Shown one piece after another: positions 17,134-21,699 of a stretch of DNA of 21,699 nucleotides; position 1 is the first letter of the stretch, and the number at the start of each line of letters is the position of its first letter. Below the pieces are notes generated by a model, which ran no database searches, had not been told where the DNA came from, and saw only the letters and a list, made by a program, of their open reading frames with translations. Made by a program: the position numbers and the translations under genes. This DNA comes from Candidatus Thorarchaeota archaeon. Its GTDB lineage: Archaea > Asgardarchaeota > Thorarchaeia > Thorarchaeales > Thorarchaeaceae. The stretch covers positions 1-21,699 of the forward strand of contig JAOUFI010000036.1 of NCBI GenBank assembly GCA_029858305.1, given 5' to 3'.

Positions 17134-18300
17134 TTAGCTAGCCTGTATTGGATAGGTACCATATTTCTCTCGGACTCGCATAACGGCCTCCCATCGATCA
17201 ACCGTGATTGCGGGATTGATACTATGACCGCTACTAAAGATGTAGCCACCACCTGGGGCGAGCTCTTGAATCAGCTTCTTGCTGTAATCCTCGATCTCCG
17301 AAATTGTGCCTTCAGCTAACATAACTGGACTGATATTACCGACAAATGTGATTTTGTCACCGTATTTTTCTTTGAGTTTGAAAATGTCATATTCAGGATT
17401 GGCAGTTGTTGGTTCAATGGGATTGAGTGCATCAACTCCACAATCAACGATGTCATCAAATAGGAGCATAAGGTCTCCATCAGAGTGAAGGAGTATCTTC
17501 GAACCACGTTTATGCGCTTCAACACAGATTCGTTTTAGCCATGGGAATACGTAGGTCCGGAAGCTCTTCGGACTCATGAAAGGACCGTTCTTGAATCCGT
17601 AGTCATCCCAGATTAGGATCAATTCCGCGCCATGATCTGCTAGTATCTTGGTTAACTCTAAAGCTAATTCGCCATTATCGTCGAAGACTTTCTTTGCTTG
17701 TTTTGGATGGCCAAGTATACGAGAAAATCTTTCGAATCCAAAAGCCTCCCAACTTGGTTCCATCATGCCACCAATGGCAGGGACTGAAAGAATCTCATTA
17801 TTCATCTGTTCTTGTACTTCTTTTCCTGCTAGATAAGCAGCCAATCGTTTTGGTTCGTGAGGGTCTGGACGTATCCAGCTCTCATACTCTTCGAAGTTCT
17901 TTAGATAACCTCCATGATATGCAGTGATTATGGTGCCATCTCCCTCATACTCTTCGAACTTCATTATTCGTCCGAATTCATCAATGATTCCACCCTTGAT
18001 GATCTTGCGTTGTGTATGTGTGACTAGACTAATGCCAATATCGATTTTTACACGACGAAGAAACTCATAGTAATCAGTATAACCCTTAGCTAAGAACTTT
18101 TGATTACTTACAGCCCAATTTGCTATTCGATCCTTGAATGGTAGGTATTTGAGGGCACTTATACCACTCGTCAATCCCCCACCAGTGGGAATACCATAAT
18201 GCTCCATGATAGTGTTGTTCGTGAATGCGCTCTCAAATGCAGGTACCCGGTCAGGTTCTTCGTGATTTATCGCCTTCAACACGCGAGTTGGTGCATCCAA
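17134..18300 (-). CDS. Uroporphyrinogen decarboxylase (URO-D)/cobalamin methyltransferase superfamily protein
   Basis: RVLKAINHEEPDRVP, IWDDYG, MSPKSFRTYVFPW, LLHSDG, FVGNI, APGGGYIFSSGHSI. TTG start preceded by GGAGGT. Confidence 0.88.
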   Translation of the reverse strand: MDAPTRVLKAINHEEPDRVPAFESAFTNNTIMEHYGIPTGGGLTSGISALKYLPFKDRIANWAVSNQKFLAKGYTDYYEFLRRVKIDIGISLVTHTQRKIIKGGIIDEFGRIMKFEEYEGDGTIITAYHGGYLKNFEEYESWIRPDPHEPKRLAAYLAGKEVQEQMNNEILSVPAIGGMMEPSWEAFGFERFSRILGHPKQAKKVFDDNGELALELTKILADHGAELILIWDDYGFKNGPFMSPKSFRTYVFPWLKRICVEAHKRGSKILLHSDGDLMLLFDDIVDCGVDALNPIEPTTANPEYDIFKLKEKYGDKITFVGNISPVMLAEGTISEIEDYSKKLIQELAPGGGYIFSSGHSINPAITVDRWEAVMRVREKYGTYPIQAS

Positions 18301-18305
18301 TGAAA

Positions 18306-18935
18306 TCAGACCTCCAGTAGCGCTTTGATGCGCCGTACTCCATCAATAGCATCTGCACCATAATCATCAGCGCCTAGTTCTTTTGCGATTGCCATATTTA
18401 GCGGAGCTCCACCTACAATCAGTTTCACATCATCACGAAGTCCAGCATCTCTCAGAGCTTTGTCAACAGTAGAGATTTCTCTCATGGTCATTGTGAGTAA
18501 GCAACTGAGCGCAACTACTTTCGCTCCAGAGCCTTTTACCGCTTGAACAATCTTGTCTGCAGGACAGTCCATACCTAGGTCAATAACATCAATACCTGCT
18601 GACAGTAGCATTGTGGAGAGGATATTCTTACCAATATCATGGTTATCGCCCCTCACAGTGGCTGCAATGATCTGAGTTCTGGCATCAGCATTTGAAGTAG
18701 TCAGATGGGGCTTCAGGATCGCAAAAGCCTCCTTCATTGTTTCACCCGCCAAAACTAGCTCGGCAAGGAAGTATTCATTTGTTTCATATCGGCGCCCAAC
18801 CTCATCCATACCTTTTGTTAGGGCTTCAAGTACAGTAAAAGGATCGACACACGCATCGAGTTGATTCTGAACAGCGGATGCAATATTATCTACGTCTAGT
18901 TCAATAATCATATTGGTAATGTCTTTGAGGTTCAA
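18306..18935 (-). CDS. Methyltransferase cognate corrinoid (B12-binding) protein, MtaC/MttC-like
   Basis: Cap domain GMDEVGRRYE...YFLAEL, DxHxxG motif GDNHDIGKN, SCLLT and VGGAP. TTG start preceded by AGGAG. Confidence 0.93.
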   Translation of the reverse strand: MNLKDITNMIIELDVDNIASAVQNQLDACVDPFTVLEALTKGMDEVGRRYETNEYFLAELVLAGETMKEAFAILKPHLTTSNADARTQIIAATVRGDNHDIGKNILSTMLLSAGIDVIDLGMDCPADKIVQAVKGSGAKVVALSCLLTMTMREISTVDKALRDAGLRDDVKLIVGGAPLNMAIAKELGADDYGADAIDGVRRIKALLEV

Positions 18936-19053
18936 TGTTAATTGCTCCTATTCAAAGTCTATTCAGATTCAAAGGGGGTAATATTGTTTCTTTATTTTGC
19001 TAGTCAGTAAGAGATTATAATCCGTTCTTACTCAGCACTGGTCTATATCTGGG

Positions 19054-21699
19054 GTGATTTTAATTTCAGAGAAGACGTTTGGATCAGGATATTTTGGAGA
19101 ATGGATTGATGATGATTTTGGCCTTCCGGCTTATCGCTATACATGCAATCAAAATAGTGACCCAAAGGCAAACACACACTTTGAGAGAGATCTCTGGCGT
19201 ATTCGGACGGAGCATCTCCATCAGGTAGGAAATGATAGACTGGTTGGGGTCGCTTCAAATCATGGACATATCAGAATTAGACAGGATGAAGGTAGTCCGA
19301 AATTTCTCAATGACTTCGATCCTACAAACTATCAATATGGGGGTGGATTTGGATACCTAACTGATGGTACTGTAGTACTTAGTACCTACTATTCTGGACA
19401 AGAACAGTTCTTTAATCGTATTTTTGGAATTGGATATTACCGAAAGAGTGTGAAGAGCGAGGGATTGTTCGCAGATCAAATAGTTTTTGCGCCCTATGGT
19501 GATGACCCTCTCATTATTTCTCAAGTAACAATTGGAAATGAGCGTGATAGAGAAGTTGATCTAAAATGGATTGAATATTGGGGCTGTCAACAGTATCAAT
19601 TTTCTTTCAAAGCACTCATGAGAAGCTTCGTATCAAAACTGCATCCAAATCACTATCGTAGAGGACTTTCAAAGCGCTTTAAACATGATATAAAGGTAGA
19701 AGGAAACAATAGAGGTCTTTTGGATAAGACACACTTCAAGGGGTATCTGTTGGGAGATAGGTTAAGCTGGAGTGTTTTCAACTTCGCATTAAGAAGCGGA
19801 ACTGGAAAGAAGCTAACTGGCGGACCTGTTAAATCACCAGTTCCTGAGGCTGTTCTTGAGGACCTAACACCCCCCTCGGTTTTTCTTGTGTCCCTAGATG
19901 CACCATTTGATGACTGTGGTACCGATGCAGCAGCCTTCTTTGGAGAAGGGGGGGTATTTTCACCAGATGGATTGCAGAAACAGCTCTCAAGAAACACGGA
20001 GGCTCAGGACTTTGAAAAGGGTTTATTTCTCGAAAGGAAATTGACTCTACAACCCGGCGAAAGAAAGACGATCTTCTTTGCATATGGTTACCTTCCAGAA
20101 GGTTTTGCTGTCGAAAATCTAGTTGCCAAATATAAGAAAGATCTTCCGAATCTACTGCAAGAATCATGCAATAAGTGGAAGATTGGACGAATTCAACTAA
20201 AGCTTGATAGTGATAAATGGGTCGACCGTGAACTCACTTGGCACAACTATTACCTCAGAAGTAATATGACATATGATAGTTTCTTCAAGGAACACATTCT
20301 CTCTCAGGGACATGTTTACCAATACATTATAGGATTTCAGGGTGCAGCAAGAGATCCTCTTCAGCATGCTCAGCCATTTGTCTTCTGTGAACCCTATATT
20401 GTAAAAGACATTCTTAGATATACGCTCAAAACAGTGACTTCTGAGGGAAGGATACCTTACGGCATCACTGGAAGTGGTATGATTATGCCATCTCCTTTCA
20501 AACCCAGTGATCAGGAGATGTGGCTCCTCTGGTTAGCAAGCGAGTATGTGCTTGCCACAAGGGATCTTGCATTTCTAGACGAAATGATTCCTACATATCC
20601 AGTATATGGCAAGAGAGCAGGAATGGCGAGCGTTCGAGATCTATTATACAGATGCTACAGTCATTTTATCGAAGCAACAGGAACAGGAGACCATGGACTG
20701 CAGCGCCTATCGAATGGAGACTGGAATGATGCAATGGTTCTAGGATATGTTCCAGATTATGAGCAATTGCAGGTTGAAGAAGTAGGGGAGAGTGTTCTCA
20801 ACGCTGCCATGGCTGCATATGCATTTGATATCTACTCACGATTATTGAGATACTCTGGTGACAATATACATGCAGATGAAGCTCTACAGTTGGCAGATAA
20901 TCAGAGAGCTGCAGTCCGCAAACAATGGACTGGAAAATGGTTCAGACGAGCATGGCTCTCAGAAGAACTTGGATGGGTTGGAGAGGATAATCTATGGTTA
21001 GAACCACAATCTTGGGCCATTATTGGGGGATCAGCAGATCCCGATCAGGCAAAGGTGTTAATCAAATCAATTGATGAGAATAATCGAAAGGCATCTAAGA
21101 TTGGAGCCACTATTCTCGGAAAGCCAGACAAAAAAATGGCAGGTGATGATGGAATAGGCACAAATGCTGGTATCTGGCCATCAATCAATGGCACACTTGT
21201 CTGGGCATTGGCACATGTTGATGGCAAAATGGCATGGGATGAATGGAAGAAGAACTCACTTACGATTCATGCTGAAAACTATCCAGATATCTGGTATGGA
21301 ATCTGGAGTGGGCCCGATACCTACAATTCTGAGTATTCAGACTTTCCTGGAGGAACTATCCACAAAGGTGAGGAAGACTCCTCTCGAGAAACAAAGGAAG
21401 AAAGAGAGCTTGAGCGCGTAGCTAGTGCTACTGAAGTTCTTTGGACTGATTACCCAGTCATGAATATGCACCCACACGCATGGCCATTGCAAAACATACC
21501 AAAACTGCTCGGTGTGGAGTTTAATGATGTAGGATTGGATTTTGCGCCATCACTGCCAATGGATGCCTATAGATTCTCCTCACCTCTATTAGCGTTTGAG
21601 AAGTCCAAATCGGGTTACAAGGGCATGTATGCTCCAATGAATAAAGGAAGCTGGAAAATCTCAATACGAGTTGAGAAACATGACCTTGTACGAGTAACT
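19054..21699 (+). CDS. GH94-like glycoside phosphorylase/hydrolase, truncated by window edge
   Basis: Absent from the ORF track. Frame 1 appears open from GTG 19054 to the window end: GYFGEWIDDDFGLPAYRY..., FQGAARDPLQHA, GLQRLSNGDWND, GESVLNAAMA, WTGKWFRRAW, LWLEPQSWAI. RD, DWND and GESV are (alpha/alpha)6 GH94-type motifs. Confidence 0.82.
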   Translation, partial: MILISEKTFGSGYFGEWIDDDFGLPAYRYTCNQNSDPKANTHFERDLWRIRTEHLHQVGNDRLVGVASNHGHIRIRQDEGSPKFLNDFDPTNYQYGGGFGYLTDGTVVLSTYYSGQEQFFNRIFGIGYYRKSVKSEGLFADQIVFAPYGDDPLIISQVTIGNERDREVDLKWIEYWGCQQYQFSFKALMRSFVSKLHPNHYRRGLSKRFKHDIKVEGNNRGLLDKTHFKGYLLGDRLSWSVFNFALRSGTGKKLTGGPVKSPVPEAVLEDLTPPSVFLVSLDAPFDDCGTDAAAFFGEGGVFSPDGLQKQLSRNTEAQDFEKGLFLERKLTLQPGERKTIFFAYGYLPEGFAVENLVAKYKKDLPNLLQESCNKWKIGRIQLKLDSDKWVDRELTWHNYYLRSNMTYDSFFKEHILSQGHVYQYIIGFQGAARDPLQHAQPFVFCEPYIVKDILRYTLKTVTSEGRIPYGITGSGMIMPSPFKPSDQEMWLLWLASEYVLATRDLAFLDEMIPTYPVYGKRAGMASVRDLLYRCYSHFIEATGTGDHGLQRLSNGDWNDAMVLGYVPDYEQLQVEEVGESVLNAAMAAYAFDIYSRLLRYSGDNIHADEALQLADNQRAAVRKQWTGKWFRRAWLSEELGWVGEDNLWLEPQSWAIIGGSADPDQAKVLIKSIDENNRKASKIGATILGKPDKKMAGDDGIGTNAGIWPSINGTLVWALAHVDGKMAWDEWKKNSLTIHAENYPDIWYGIWSGPDTYNSEYSDFPGGTIHKGEEDSSRETKEERELERVASATEVLWTDYPVMNMHPHAWPLQNIPKLLGVEFNDVGLDFAPSLPMDAYRFSSPLLAFEKSKSGYKGMYAPMNKGSWKISIRVEKHDLVRVT

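Noticed and set aside
1062-17927. Many 60-150-aa ORFs antisense or out of frame to larger genes (e.g. 4673..4870, 7349..7708, 12494..12946, 16502..16816)
   Set aside because: They are nested in well-supported CDSs and carry no recognisable motifs.
17134-18935. Selenocysteine or pyrrolysine read-through, or fusion of the corrinoid and URO-D genes
   Set aside because: Both proteins look full length. The corrinoid TGA is out of frame with the URO-D start, and no interrupted methylamine methyltransferase is present.
19043-21421. Short ORFs on both strands in the last 2.6 kb
   Set aside because: They are shadows of the long frame-1 GH94-like CDS.
1-21699. CRISPR array, IS element or rRNA
   Set aside because: No regularly spaced repeats, transposase motifs or rRNA-like sequence were seen.

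Overview
Archaeal chromosomal window, probably Asgard/Thorarchaeia-like. This is inferred from a BHB-type tRNA intron, a stand-alone longin-like protein, C-terminally anchored surface proteins, and many GTG/TTG or leaderless starts. The left half holds a truncated D-aminoacylase, an orphan peptide-binding ABC substrate-binding protein, a longin-like protein, two hypotheticals, two tandem ferritin-like paralogs, a divergent PyrE, a GNAT and an AT-rich acyltransferase-3. The centre holds an intron-containing tRNA-Gly(GCC) at 9478-9585. Its 3' 22 bp recur exactly at 11986-12007, delimiting a ~2.4 kb integrase-less island with a 7-repeat FG-GAP surface protein and a membrane protein. A second, different tRNA-like 3' half lies at 13182-13214. 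The right half holds an SDR epimerase, a membrane-anchored PHP-fold hydrolase, a GPH-type MFS transporter, a URO-D-family protein with a corrinoid protein, and a large GH94-like CDS that is missing from the ORF track and runs off the window. Best leads: a candidate corrinoid-dependent glycoside O-demethylation locus, the tRNA-fragment-delimited cassettes, a structured RNA at 4249-4332, and ferritin-like twins with eroded diiron sites and a shared upstream palindrome.
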